Shown: piece by piece, positions 21,465 through 31,790 of the stretch
How the letters are laid out: each line of letters begins with the position of its first letter
Numbering within the stretch: position 1 is the stretch's first letter
Source: a phage
DNA: 64,000 nucleotides
Assembly (NCBI GenBank): GCA_004257845.1
Contig: GCA_004257845.1_4800.1
Strand: one strand, 5' to 3'
Translations under genes and position numbers: made by a program
Notes under the pieces: generated by a model
Database searches by the model: none
Told to the model about the DNA's origin: nothing
Seen by the model: only the letters and a program-made list of their open reading frames with translations

Positions 21465-22193
21465 ATGATGGCAGAAAAGTTAACCCAACTTACAAGCCCC
21501 AACCAAACTGACAAATCAAGTATGTTTGCCGCGCTGCAGGGAATGCTGGACCGTGGCAAGTATACCACTGACGGCATGATTCCTGCACAAGTAATATCTT
21601 ATGACCGCAAACAGAATTTAGCAGTCATAAAGCCTGTTATTCATTTCGTAAGTCTTGATGATAAACCAGTGGAGCGTCAACCTTTGGTGTCAATTCCTGT
21701 ATTGGCAATCGGCGGCGGCGGCTTCGTAATCAACTTTCCTCTGAAAGAGGGTGATTTGGGCTGGATATTCGCTGGCGACCGCGAGTTGTCGACATTCCTT
21801 GAAGAATTGAAGCCGACCGCGCCTACCAATGGCCGTGCGAAAACTTTCGCTGATGGACTGTTCATACCGGATGTATTTCGAAAATACACCATAAGCGGAG
21901 AGGATGCAGGCTCAATGGTAATCCAGTCACTCAGCGGAGATGTCCGCATCGCATTAAGTGATGACTCGATAAACATAACTGCATCGGCTGGAGTAAATGT
22001 GAAAACACCAATAACCACTATCGACCAACAATTGATAGTTAATGGAAAGGCAACGTTCAATGGTGGTATAGAAGGGAAAGAAGGAACGACGGCAACGCTT
22101 CCGACTGGCACAACAATCGGCGGCACAAATGTATCCACTCACGGTCACATAGGTAACGGACCTGGAAACAGAACTGGGGATATGATAGAATGA
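21465..22193 (+). CDS. putative baseplate spike/hub (gpV-like)
   Basis: Position before baseplate J-like gene; RBS AAGGAG before ATG 21465. Confidence 0.35.
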   Translation: MMAEKLTQLTSPNQTDKSSMFAALQGMLDRGKYTTDGMIPAQVISYDRKQNLAVIKPVIHFVSLDDKPVERQPLVSIPVLAIGGGGFVINFPLKEGDLGWIFAGDRELSTFLEELKPTAPTNGRAKTFADGLFIPDVFRKYTISGEDAGSMVIQSLSGDVRIALSDDSINITASAGVNVKTPITTIDQQLIVNGKATFNGGIEGKEGTTATLPTGTTIGGTNVSTHGHIGNGPGNRTGDMIE

Positions 22194-23461
22194 GTGCACA
22201 ATATTCTTACATAGTAAGCACTGGTGTAATAACCATCGACACAGCCGATTTGCTGGCTGACGTTCAAAGTGAATGGATTGAGTCATTAGGGGTCGGGCTT
22301 GACGTTGATGCATCGACACCGCAAGGCACCCTAATCGCGACAGAGACTTTGGCAAGAACTTCAGTCATGAAGAACAACGCCGAGCTGGGAAGTCTCATCA
22401 ACCCTAATTATTCATATGGCGTATACCTTGATGCCATCGCGGCATTGCTTGGGATTGAGCGAACTAAAAACATCAGCACGATGCTAAAAGGAATTACCGC
22501 AGAAGGAACGCCGCTGTTGGAAATTCCTGCTGGAAGTTTGCTGACGGATTCAAACGGCACATACTGGTATGTTCTTGAAGACGTTCAAATCACTTCGACT
22601 GGCAAGACAAGCAACATGACTCTTGCATCAAAAGATTATGGCTCATTTACGGTTGCCCCTGATGAAGAGTTTACCGTGGTGCAAGGTTATGACGTCATCG
22701 GATGGTCAAGAACGTATTCAACATCAGCAACGACGACCGTACCAGGTACGCAATACATGGGCGACGGAGCGTTAAAGGCCGCTCGCGTTAAGCGCCTTTA
22801 CCAGCAGGGAATTGCATCGCTTGGTGCTATTCGCGCTCGCGCCATGTCGGTCGACGGCGTGGAATCGGTGATGGTAGTGGAGAATGACACGGGATTGCCT
22901 GGAACGGTGCGCGGCATCACCTTTTCAACGCCTAACGGTGTCTGGGTGTGCGCAAGCGGAACGTTCGATAAGCAAGTTTTTGCTGAGACTATTTTCAAGG
23001 CAAAGATGGGCGGCCAGCCGTGGGACTTTGGTGCTGCCAACCAGGGTGATCCAGTCAACTCGCCTGATGGAATAGAAGTTGTCGACGAAGAATCGCAACT
23101 GTCTTATTTCGTAAAGTTCAACACTGCTGTCATATATGACTTGTATGTCGATATTACTGTTGTAAGAGGCACCGCAACCGCCGATGCCGAATCTATTATT
23201 GCCGCTGTGTTGAATTACGGTAATGGAAATTTTAACGGCGAGCAAGGATATGCAGTGGGCCAATCTCAATCTTCTTTTGAGATTGCTTCAGCAGTGTCTT
23301 GCGAGTATCCAGGCTTGTATATTAAAGATTGCAAAATTGCAGCAGTTAAAAGCGGACAGGCAGCGCCAAATTATCCATCCGATTACGGCAGCGAGTGGAT
23401 TGCCAATCCTTGGGATAAGGCGAATACTATGCGCGGCTTCATCAACGTTAAATTTGTGTGA
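22190..23461 (+). CDS. baseplate J-like protein
   Basis: 423 aa; N-terminal region reminiscent of baseplate J family; ATGA overlap with upstream gene. Confidence 0.45.
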   Translation: MSAQYSYIVSTGVITIDTADLLADVQSEWIESLGVGLDVDASTPQGTLIATETLARTSVMKNNAELGSLINPNYSYGVYLDAIAALLGIERTKNISTMLKGITAEGTPLLEIPAGSLLTDSNGTYWYVLEDVQITSTGKTSNMTLASKDYGSFTVAPDEEFTVVQGYDVIGWSRTYSTSATTTVPGTQYMGDGALKAARVKRLYQQGIASLGAIRARAMSVDGVESVMVVENDTGLPGTVRGITFSTPNGVWVCASGTFDKQVFAETIFKAKMGGQPWDFGAANQGDPVNSPDGIEVVDEESQLSYFVKFNTAVIYDLYVDITVVRGTATADAESIIAAVLNYGNGNFNGEQGYAVGQSQSSFEIASAVSCEYPGLYIKDCKIAAVKSGQAAPNYPSDYGSEWIANPWDKANTMRGFINVKFV

Positions 23462-23467
23462 GGAACT

Positions 23468-26206
23468 ATGCAAAAGTTTGACACAAACCTGTTGCAAAAC
23501 CTTAAGTGGATGCAGAACAATGCACCAAACATTACATCTTTGGTGCAAAAGAAAAGTGACTGGTATGAAAGATACCAAGATCAGTTTTGGACTGACTGGT
23601 ACAATAACATTTTTAACATTGACACTTGTGATGCAATGGGCATTTATATTTGGTGCGACATTCTTTGCATACCAAGAGACTTTGTGGACTTAAGCAATTA
23701 TGAGCACAACTGGGCGTTTGGACCGACGCGCGACAACTTTGAAGGTGCGGACAACATCGGCGGCAACTTCTTTGGTGCTGGCGGGAAGGTTGTAAAGAAT
23801 ATCGAAGAAGCGCGCATACTTCTTAAGCTTCGTTATCTGACGCTTACAAGTGATGGCCGCATCGAAAGTATCAACCGCATGCTTAAGTGGATTTTTAACC
23901 GTGGAGAGGCTTGGGATTACTCTTCATCACGCTACGCATATGTGACCGACAATACTCAAGGTGCGGTGTCTTCATCTGAATCAACAAATGGCTCATTCCT
24001 TCTGTACGACTGGCAAGGGTCAACTGAGATTCAGCATGATTATAAGCAGATACTTTTAAGCCATGGCAACAATGCCGGGCTGACCATCAGCGGAGTGTCA
24101 GGCACCGTGTCACGGATGGCGCACCCAGATTGGTACTCATGGGGAAATGGTTCCGGCACAGGGCTTGTCGGCGGCGACACCAGACAGTATGGTGGGCCTG
24201 ATTACTATGGGCAGTTGTGTGGTGATTACCCAGGCGAGGCCATAGAGAATTTTGCCAACGCAGTAAGGGTCATCAAGACGGCTTCAAGCGGTGAGCCTGT
24301 GTATTCTTTGGCCAATAATCCAAGTGCCAAATCAATTTCGCTTCCTTCGCAGGCTGGCGTCAACGTTTGCTATAGCTTCTACATAAAGGTGCTTTCTGAA
24401 AATGTCGCTTCTGTTTCTGTTACAGAGAATAGTGATGCATCGAGTAATGGAAAGCTGTTTGACCCCGTCACTGGACAGTTCAACTTAGACTCGTCCTTGA
24501 GTTATTTCATCACAGGCAAGTTTGATGGGGTGAGAAGGGAATCAAGCCGTGGTGGCATAAAAGCAATCGGCGGCGATTGGTATCGAATCTGGATTGTAGA
24601 GCAGACGGCAACCGATGCTTCTGGAGTAAGTACCAGCTTTTCAATAGAGTTGAAGGCAACTGCCGCTGGATCAACTCAAACTCGTGAATTGCCTGAAGGG
24701 TCTGACGCTCTTTTGTTTGGATACTCGATTTGCGTCTGCGACCCTGTTCAGAATCCAAATGGACCTGAGCCTTATTTTTATGGAACGCAAAACCCTCCTT
24801 CTGACGGAACAGCAATCCTGTCTGTAACGGCGGGAACGCTCAATAACATCTCCTGTGCAAACGGACCGCTGACGACAAGAAACGGTGTAGTTGGCGAGTC
24901 ATTCATGCAACCTGGCTCATCACTTGCATACTCTGGCTCAATCGGCGGCTACCCGTACCCAGGGAACGCCACGCTGATTGCAGAGACTGATGGAATCAGA
25001 CGCTCATGGAACGTTAGCAGGCTGGATGGAGCACCGCCGCCGCCGACCGCCGACTATTACATGGAATACGTCATCGGACCTTATTTCGCCAACAACCTGT
25101 CTGACAACTTTAAGACGCTAGTTGGCGACAGGAATGAAGGATTCTTGCCAGCAAATGCCGGAATACGCTGGCAGCTTTACCAAGAAGTCGCAGACTTATC
25201 TGATATTGATTTGACTGTCAGCGACATAACGGACACGCGAGTAGGATTTGAAACGGAAGGTGTTGCGTGGATTAACACTGATGGCATCATCAGAGTTGGC
25301 GGCATTAACGAGTGGCCACTGAACAACTTCAACGGTGTGATACGCCAACTTGAATCTTTGAAAGGTGTTAACCAAGTCGTCGATGGCGCTTTTGTCAACG
25401 ACTATTCAATCTCCAAGGCTTCTCGCGATGACTTTGGCCGTGAAATACCGCGCGCAGCCATCACAAACTATTGGCGATATACTCAGCCTAATGATGGAAC
25501 TTCATTTGGCAATATCATTGAGGATGGCGCAAACACTGTCACAGCGACGCCAATCAGCGGTGTGCCCAACCAGTTCCCATCATTCAAGCTTTCCGCTACA
25601 ATAGGGACTGTGCCAGCATCCGGTTATGCACGCGCTGTACTTGCTACTAAATACACTGGCACCCTGACTGGCCCTTTGTCATTTATCGCAATAGTCAAAA
25701 ACAACACGGTTAACGGTCAAAAACTTTTTGTAACTGTACCGGATGGGATGGGTGGCTATATCCCTAAATTCTACAACATAGGCGCAGGTGATTTGCAACG
25801 TATCGAAATTGACCTTGCCGCTGAGATTGTTGAAGGCGCTACCTGGGATGGATCAACAGGCGGCATCAGCATCGGTTTGATATCAGGGAAAGACTTGCCG
25901 ACCGAAGTTGGTACGACTCTTGAACTTGATATTTTAAGCTTGATGCTTGTGTCTGGTAATACGATGAATGCGCTTGCAATTTCAACAAGCGAAGATTTCG
26001 CAAAGAAAACTGCGACTTCTATATACATCAAAAACCCAGGATCACTTGCCACTGGAGTTCAATTGATTGCTTCTAATGGTGATGTTGTAGCAACAGTAAA
26101 CTTTCCGAGAAGTGCTGCTGGTGGTTATGTTTCAAGCATGAACATAACTGACTTAACTGGTGATTGGGCATCAACCCTTTTATCAAAAATTAAATACATC
26201 GTGTAG
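23468..26206 (+). CDS. large tail fiber / baseplate wedge protein
   Basis: 912 aa after baseplate J; Gly/Ser/Thr-rich distal half. Confidence 0.4.
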   Translation: MQKFDTNLLQNLKWMQNNAPNITSLVQKKSDWYERYQDQFWTDWYNNIFNIDTCDAMGIYIWCDILCIPRDFVDLSNYEHNWAFGPTRDNFEGADNIGGNFFGAGGKVVKNIEEARILLKLRYLTLTSDGRIESINRMLKWIFNRGEAWDYSSSRYAYVTDNTQGAVSSSESTNGSFLLYDWQGSTEIQHDYKQILLSHGNNAGLTISGVSGTVSRMAHPDWYSWGNGSGTGLVGGDTRQYGGPDYYGQLCGDYPGEAIENFANAVRVIKTASSGEPVYSLANNPSAKSISLPSQAGVNVCYSFYIKVLSENVASVSVTENSDASSNGKLFDPVTGQFNLDSSLSYFITGKFDGVRRESSRGGIKAIGGDWYRIWIVEQTATDASGVSTSFSIELKATAAGSTQTRELPEGSDALLFGYSICVCDPVQNPNGPEPYFYGTQNPPSDGTAILSVTAGTLNNISCANGPLTTRNGVVGESFMQPGSSLAYSGSIGGYPYPGNATLIAETDGIRRSWNVSRLDGAPPPPTADYYMEYVIGPYFANNLSDNFKTLVGDRNEGFLPANAGIRWQLYQEVADLSDIDLTVSDITDTRVGFETEGVAWINTDGIIRVGGINEWPLNNFNGVIRQLESLKGVNQVVDGAFVNDYSISKASRDDFGREIPRAAITNYWRYTQPNDGTSFGNIIEDGANTVTATPISGVPNQFPSFKLSATIGTVPASGYARAVLATKYTGTLTGPLSFIAIVKNNTVNGQKLFVTVPDGMGGYIPKFYNIGAGDLQRIEIDLAAEIVEGATWDGSTGGISIGLISGKDLPTEVGTTLELDILSLMLVSGNTMNALAISTSEDFAKKTATSIYIKNPGSLATGVQLIASNGDVVATVNFPRSAAGGYVSSMNITDLTGDWASTLLSKIKYIV

Positions 26207-26216
26207 AGGAACGGCA

Positions 26217-28004
26217 ATGCCAACACTTATTAACAGACCTTTCGCGCAAAGCGGTGATGTATCCGTGGTGCCGGATGCAAGTCCAAGCGGTTATGTGAAC
26301 TTCCAGCGCGGCTACACCCCTGACTATGCACTTGCCCTGGAAGCCGGAAACGTCGCCGCGAAAGCGGTTGAACGTGAGTCGATGAACTGGTTGCTGAATC
26401 TGATCACCGACAACCTTATGTTCATCCAGGACCACGGCGCTCAACAGTATTTCTCGTCTGACTTGAAGCCAGACGGATACCCGAAAAATGCCATCGTTGT
26501 CAGCAACTCTGGCACCCCTTCAGCGCCTGAATGGCGCATTTTCCAGAGTGCGGTAGACGGCAACACCAGCGCAGTCCCAGCTAACGGCGAAACGGAATCT
26601 TGGCAGGAATTGACGCTGCCTAGCGAAGCGAGAAAATATATTCCTATGCCTGCTGGCGGCGATGCGCAAAACCCGTATTTTGTTCGCGGACTGATTTCAA
26701 ACTTTGTGGACTTTGATAATATCACGACTTCCACAACTATTGTCATTCAATCTGATGCCGTTGCCGCTCTCTGCTCTAACATCCCGAACGCGGTTGGTGC
26801 GACGAAGGTTGCAGGCCGTCTCCAGGTTTGCGCTTGGCAGGTTAATGCGCAGACTTTCGCCCTGCAACAATACACGTCAATGAACGGATATGTTTTCACC
26901 CGCTCTTATACTTCTGGTGCTTGGAGTGCCTGGATTCAAAATGCTACTGTTCAAGACGTGCAAATTGGAACGCCGAATCTTGCATCAGGTAAAGGCGCAC
27001 AAGATATAATCCTTACCGTTCCAGCAGGTTATTCATGGCCTCCGTCAGCAGGTAGTCGCCTGACCATCGTTAATGATGTCACGACCACCGGACCTGTCAC
27101 CGTGACCATTGGTGCAAACAAAGTTGCAGTCCTTGGATTCGACGGCGGCGAGCTGCCAGCAGGGTCCATCGTCGGTCTTCTTCCTTTTACTATTATTTAT
27201 GACGGCACCGTTTGGCGTCTTCTTCAAGCGTTCGGCGCGGCGCAAATCGGTGTCGATGCTAGTGAGCCGCAACAGTTTGTTACAAAGCGCCAACTCGATG
27301 CTTTGGCCGCGAAGTTGATCACTATGGGTGATGTGTTCGAAGTCGGTGAGACTCGATTCTTGACTAATGGCACCAACCCAAATACTAAACTGGGCGCTTA
27401 CGGTCAGGTATGGACCAGGTTGCCTGATAACATGGTCATCAGGACGTCTGGCACGGCAAGAAACGGTCTTGACACTGGAGGTGCAGACTCTGTTACTCTT
27501 ACCGCCGCCATGCTTCCTCTGCACAATCACAGCGTGAACATAACTACGCGACAGAGTGGTCCATGGTCCAATACCACTGGAGACGCAGGCAACCATAACC
27601 ACACAGGCGATACCAGTCAAAACGGTGCTCACGTGCACGGAATGGATTCAGCAGGCAACCACCACCATGACAGTAGCTGGGGTGAATCAAATACGACTGA
27701 TGCGCGGTATGGCGTGTATGATGGGACGCACAACAACTTCGGAAGTCGAAAGGGTGGCGACTGGGACAACTATAAATACAACACCTCAACTAACGGCAAC
27801 CACGTTCACAATATTCAATCTTCTGGGTCACACACTCATGGGTTGAATATAAATTACGCTGGCAATCACAGCCATGGATATACCCTCCCAGCTCACACTC
27901 ACGATGTGGTCGGTAACACTGGCGATGCAGGGCAGGCCGTCCCAACGGCTGTTTCAACTCTGCCGCGATATGTCGTCTTGAACGGCTGGTACAGAAGCGC
28001 ATAA
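26217..28004 (+). CDS. tail fiber protein with C-terminal His-x-His repeat tip
   Basis: Repeated HNH, HVH, HHH, HTH, HSH motifs in the last ~130 aa, as in metal-binding tail fiber tips; start ATG 26217. Confidence 0.55.
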   Translation: MPTLINRPFAQSGDVSVVPDASPSGYVNFQRGYTPDYALALEAGNVAAKAVERESMNWLLNLITDNLMFIQDHGAQQYFSSDLKPDGYPKNAIVVSNSGTPSAPEWRIFQSAVDGNTSAVPANGETESWQELTLPSEARKYIPMPAGGDAQNPYFVRGLISNFVDFDNITTSTTIVIQSDAVAALCSNIPNAVGATKVAGRLQVCAWQVNAQTFALQQYTSMNGYVFTRSYTSGAWSAWIQNATVQDVQIGTPNLASGKGAQDIILTVPAGYSWPPSAGSRLTIVNDVTTTGPVTVTIGANKVAVLGFDGGELPAGSIVGLLPFTIIYDGTVWRLLQAFGAAQIGVDASEPQQFVTKRQLDALAAKLITMGDVFEVGETRFLTNGTNPNTKLGAYGQVWTRLPDNMVIRTSGTARNGLDTGGADSVTLTAAMLPLHNHSVNITTRQSGPWSNTTGDAGNHNHTGDTSQNGAHVHGMDSAGNHHHDSSWGESNTTDARYGVYDGTHNNFGSRKGGDWDNYKYNTSTNGNHVHNIQSSGSHTHGLNINYAGNHSHGYTLPAHTHDVVGNTGDAGQAVPTAVSTLPRYVVLNGWYRSA

Positions 28005-28012
28005 GGTGATTT

Positions 28013-28657
28013 ATGATTAATGCAAACGTAATATCTAAAGGGACCGGATGCAGCATGGATGTTGCTGAAAAATGGGTCGACCCCTTCAAGCAGGCTTGTG
28101 AGCACTACGGAATCAAAAGCAAGAATGCCATCGCGGCGCTGCTTGCAAACGTAGGAGTGGAAACAGGCAGCCTGAAGACCTTTGTGGAAAACCTGAATTA
28201 TTCCGCTCAAGGTCTTGCTAATACGTGGCCTAGCCGTTACAGCGCCAGCGGTCGTTTCGGTGGCGCACCAAACTCCTTGGCATTGTCGATTGCCCGTAAA
28301 CCAATGGAAATCGCCAATAATACATATGCAAACCGAATGGGAAATGGTTCGGTAGCATCTGGCGACGGTTGGAAGTACCGTGGCCGTGGTGCCATTCAGC
28401 TGACTGGAAAGGCTAACTATGCAGAGTATTCAAAGCAATCAGGGTATGACGCATTGAATAACCCTGACATTTTGACTGAGCCGAAATACATCGCTGACAG
28501 CGCGGCGTGGTTCTTCAAGAACAGCGGTTGCATTCCACTTGCCGATGCGGGTGCATTTGATTCGACCGTGAAGCGGATTAACGGGGCCGCGCCGAATACG
28601 GCTAACCATGGGGATTTGCGACGGAAGCGTTACAAGGATGCACTAGCAGTTATGTAA
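28013..28657 (+). CDS. endolysin, glycoside hydrolase family 19 (chitinase-like)
   Basis: GH19 motifs AALLANVGVETG and YRGRGAIQLTGKANY. Confidence 0.7.
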   Translation: MINANVISKGTGCSMDVAEKWVDPFKQACEHYGIKSKNAIAALLANVGVETGSLKTFVENLNYSAQGLANTWPSRYSASGRFGGAPNSLALSIARKPMEIANNTYANRMGNGSVASGDGWKYRGRGAIQLTGKANYAEYSKQSGYDALNNPDILTEPKYIADSAAWFFKNSGCIPLADAGAFDSTVKRINGAAPNTANHGDLRRKRYKDALAVM

Positions 28658-28660
28658 GAA

Positions 28661-28680
28661 AAAGGCCCATATGGGCCTTT
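28661..28680. terminator. bidirectional intrinsic terminator
   Basis: Perfect 20-bp palindrome AAAGGCCCATATGGGCCTTT flanked by A-run and T-run, between convergent genes. Confidence 0.6.
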
Positions 28681-28682
28681 GT

Positions 28683-28913
28683 TTATTTTACGGCTTCAAC
28701 CTGGACGGGCGGCGCGGAACTTGTATCAATGTCTGGCAAGTCGAAGTAATACCCCGCCATGCCAATCACGCCAACAATCGCGGCCCGTGCCACCTTGTTG
28801 CTAATTGACTCCCCAATAAGCTTTACCAACAGGGACAAGATTTGAGACGTCAAAGCCTTTTTCAGCCTTTTGTTTTCTTCCAAATCTTTCTGCATAACTA
28901 CCACCCATGTCAA
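28683..28913 (-). CDS. small membrane protein (76 aa; holin candidate)
   Basis: Single hydrophobic segment AAIVGVIGMAGYYF; ATGA overlap with upstream gene. Confidence 0.4.
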   Translation of the reverse strand: MTWVVVMQKDLEENKRLKKALTSQILSLLVKLIGESISNKVARAAIVGVIGMAGYYFDLPDIDTSSAPPVQVEAVK

Positions 28914-29452
28914 CGCACATCCTGTGTCTTAACATTACCTGAAGCATCTCTTAAGGGCAGTGGATAGTAGGCCATTTGGTAGTCTGATACGCCTTCAACA
29001 TGATAAAACACGATTACGTCTTTGCTGTTGATGAGCATGTTAACGACATCTGATTTATCTTCTGGAGTGAGTATGAGTGCGCCGCCTGTCCTGCTGTCTA
29101 CTGCAACAGGGTATGTCTTGTCGACAAGGCCGCTGTCCAATGTATTATACCTGACAACGATTTCAGCGGCATCAACTTTTGCAATTGACATTCCGAACAC
29201 AAACGAAACGACTTGGCGACCGCGATCATTCATTACGCACATCTTTTCCTTATCAAACCTTTCCTTTATCACATCATATTTGTTCCAGCAAAATTCGAAC
29301 GATTGGCCGTTGTTAAAATATCTCGTTAACACTTTGGCATTACTATTTGGCGGCGTAAACATACTTTCAGCCGCTGCACTTTTGGTGAAGAACAAGACTG
29401 TCAGCATAGCCATGATGGTGATCAAAACAATCTTTAAAGTTTTCGATTTCAT
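28910..29452 (-). CDS. secreted/periplasmic protein (180 aa) with N-terminal signal peptide
   Basis: Signal-peptide-like MKSKTLKIVLITIMAMLTVLFFTKSAAA; own promoter TTTACT-16-TATACT and RBS AAAAGGTGA. Confidence 0.5.
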   Translation of the reverse strand: MKSKTLKIVLITIMAMLTVLFFTKSAAAESMFTPPNSNAKVLTRYFNNGQSFEFCWNKYDVIKERFDKEKMCVMNDRGRQVVSFVFGMSIAKVDAAEIVVRYNTLDSGLVDKTYPVAVDSRTGGALILTPEDKSDVVNMLINSKDVIVFYHVEGVSDYQMAYYPLPLRDASGNVKTQDVR

Positions 29453-29537
29453 TATAATTCACCTTTTGATTACGAATATTAATAGTATAGGCCGAAGGTT
29501 TTGAAAGTAAATAAGGCGAAAGGTAAATAAAAGAAAA

Positions 29538-29553
29538 GCCGGAGATTTCCGGC
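29538..29553. terminator. intrinsic terminator hairpin (functional mainly on minus strand, after ligase gene)
   Basis: GCCGGAGATTTCCGGC flanked by A-run and T-run. Confidence 0.5.
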
Positions 29554-29628
29554 TTTATGTATACACTGTATATTAAATTCTATAAAACGACGCGATAGAT
29601 TATCCGCACCAATTATTTATCTAGTGTC

Positions 29629-30591
29629 TTAAAAATACTCCATATCGGTAATATCACGGAAGCATTTATACAAAGCAGAGCGCGGCACGTCGACGATGCC
29701 AAAGTTAAAGAATTTATACGTTAGGTATTTATCGCGATAGTTCTCGCGATTCTCCCAAAGCATTTTACGCTCTGCCATAGGCATTGAACCAGCGGAGACG
29801 CGGAAAGGAATCATTTCACCTTTCTCATCCACATATTTTGGATTGACGACTACGAATGAGCCAAGGTATCCTTTCGCAACTAAACCTTCAGCCTCTTTTG
29901 AACGCTTGGTGCGACCCAATTCGTCAATGAATGCTTCGTTGTTGTTCTCCATCATCTCAACGAAGTCTATGATCAACCCTTCTTCATCGGTCCACGGCTT
30001 GTCCTTCCACACATCACGTGACTTCGGCGTCGCGCGGCCATGCTTATATTTGCCCGTCCAAGACTTGCCATACAAGCCTTCATATCCAAGCTGGTCTGCT
30101 TCGATTTGCATCGCCGCGTACTGTTCCATATTTTCGATGTTTCGATATTCGAGAGCGCGAAGGAATGGGCGTCGACCATGGTTGATGAGATGTTGATTAA
30201 CTTCAGCAACTCTAGCTCGATAGTTTGCATAACGCTTTTCAAAAGGCAGATCAGGGTCGCTGAAGTCATCAAACACCCACCATGTAAAGTTAGTGATTGC
30301 ATCAGTATTCATGCATGCAGTATAGGCCTGTTGCATGACGTTCTTATCATTTGGATTGCCGTCGATTAGCTCTCCATCAAGTCCGTGAATTAGTTCACCC
30401 AAAAAGAGGAACTCTTTTTTGATTTGAACGTTGCGCAACGGCATGCCGGAAGTGCCCATTGGCAAGTTGTCATACGCCATTGCACGTATGCCATCGACCT
30501 TGAATGACAGTCCGCAAGGCAGCGGCACGTCCTCGCCGCGCTCGATAATCTGCTTACGTTGGCAACCCTTCATTGGTTTTAATGCTGTCAT
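29629..30591 (-). CDS. ATP-dependent DNA ligase
   Basis: Nucleotidyltransferase motifs: KVDGIR (motif I), LDGELI (motif III), EGLYGK (motif IV), downstream Lys-rich motif V. Confidence 0.6.
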   Translation of the reverse strand: MTALKPMKGCQRKQIIERGEDVPLPCGLSFKVDGIRAMAYDNLPMGTSGMPLRNVQIKKEFLFLGELIHGLDGELIDGNPNDKNVMQQAYTACMNTDAITNFTWWVFDDFSDPDLPFEKRYANYRARVAEVNQHLINHGRRPFLRALEYRNIENMEQYAAMQIEADQLGYEGLYGKSWTGKYKHGRATPKSRDVWKDKPWTDEEGLIIDFVEMMENNNEAFIDELGRTKRSKEAEGLVAKGYLGSFVVVNPKYVDEKGEMIPFRVSAGSMPMAERKMLWENRENYRDKYLTYKFFNFGIVDVPRSALYKCFRDITDMEYF

Positions 30592-30593
30592 AA

Positions 30594-31217
30594 TTATTGT
30601 CCTGTAACTTCTCTGATCACACGGTCTTCAAGTTCCAGCTTCTTTACCATTTTGCAGGAGTGCTCATAAGCTGGATCAGTAGATTTGATGAACGTTCCGT
30701 TGTACATGACACCTTTGCGGTCCTTGATGTCTTCGTAGGCCGCTTGCGCACAGTCGGATAAGCGAAGGCCATAATCATGAGCTACGCCGGAAAGGTAATC
30801 GACTGCGGCCATGATGGTGACGTCAATATCCATGGTCTGATTCTTAGCAATAGCATCACCAAGCCGTCCAAGGGTCTTTGCCAGGCGAAGGATGAATGAA
30901 TGAGGGTGAGCGCCTTTATCAGCACAACCGCCGCCATTAATGTTTTCGATTTCAGTACCGTTTTGCGCCGCCAGGATGGTCAACACAACAAGACAATCGC
31001 CAATGTCGTCCTTGATTGCAGCTTGCAAGTCACAGATGGCCTGCTCTGTATATCCAATTTCAGGGTCGAAGAACACAAGGTCATGGAGTTGATCAACGTG
31101 GTCGGTTAACTCCCCAAACTCGCTGATAAGCTTCGGGTATTGGTCCTTAAGGTCGCAACCTTGGATGATGTTACGGTCAGAAGCCCACTGGCGAATGTTT
31201 GCATAAATCTGTTTCAT
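30594..31217 (-). CDS. MazG-like nucleotide pyrophosphohydrolase (tandem all-alpha domains)
   Basis: Two helical repeats with acidic motifs (EFGELTDH ... DDIGDCLVVL and RLGDAI ... DYGLRL). Confidence 0.45.
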   Translation of the reverse strand: MKQIYANIRQWASDRNIIQGCDLKDQYPKLISEFGELTDHVDQLHDLVFFDPEIGYTEQAICDLQAAIKDDIGDCLVVLTILAAQNGTEIENINGGGCADKGAHPHSFILRLAKTLGRLGDAIAKNQTMDIDVTIMAAVDYLSGVAHDYGLRLSDCAQAAYEDIKDRKGVMYNGTFIKSTDPAYEHSCKMVKKLELEDRVIREVTGQ

Positions 31218-31733
31218 TTATTTTTCCTTTGATGCATTGAATTGATCGATTTTTATTTTAGCCTGATTATAAGTATCAATCAAGCTATTAACTTTCTCTT
31301 TTAATCGATTTGTTTCTGCGGCGAACTGAACAAGAAATCTGACATCCTCTTCTGATAGTCCACAGTTTCCTTCTGGGATAGAGAGGCGTCCAGTGGTCGC
31401 AGAGTCGGGCACACTCCTGAGTAACTCACGGGAGCAGCTGAGTTGCTCGCGCAACTTGACATTCCCAGACTTGTAACGAGCAATAGTGTCATCAGCAACC
31501 AGTTGCGCTTCCTGGCGACCCTTCTCATATGCCGATGCCGATTCAACCTGTAAAGTTGCAATTTGCTCTTCGAGTGCATTTATCTTGTCCTTACGCTCAT
31601 TAAGCGATGTCAGATATTGATTATCCTTGGCCAGTGATGCGTTGGTTTGCTGCAGGTCTTCAACGTATGATCCAGCGGCAAACGCGCCAACAAGGGCCAG
31701 AATCTTCAGGAGCGGTACAATTCTTTCTATCAT
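31218..31733 (-). CDS. i-spanin (Rz-like)
   Basis: N-terminal TM segment (LLKILALVGAFAAGSYV) followed by coiled-coil-rich periplasmic domain, 171 aa. Confidence 0.5.
   Translation of the reverse strand: MIERIVPLLKILALVGAFAAGSYVEDLQQTNASLAKDNQYLTSLNERKDKINALEEQIATLQVESASAYEKGRQEAQLVADDTIARYKSGNVKLREQLSCSRELLRSVPDSATTGRLSIPEGNCGLSEEDVRFLVQFAAETNRLKEKVNSLIDTYNQAKIKIDQFNASKEK
31301..31492 (-). CDS. o-spanin (Rz1-like) embedded in alternative frame of Rz
   Basis: Internal ORF fully inside the Rz-like gene: signal peptide MTLLLVTSLGMSSC with lipobox-like Cys, Pro-containing short mature part. Confidence 0.35.
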   Translation of the reverse strand: MTLLLVTSLGMSSCASNSAAPVSYSGVCPTLRPLDASLSQKETVDYQKRMSDFLFSSPQKQID

Positions 31734-31790
31734 GATGCACCAGATAAATAAAAGGCCGCCAAACGGCAGCCTTGTTGATTTGATTGTCGA

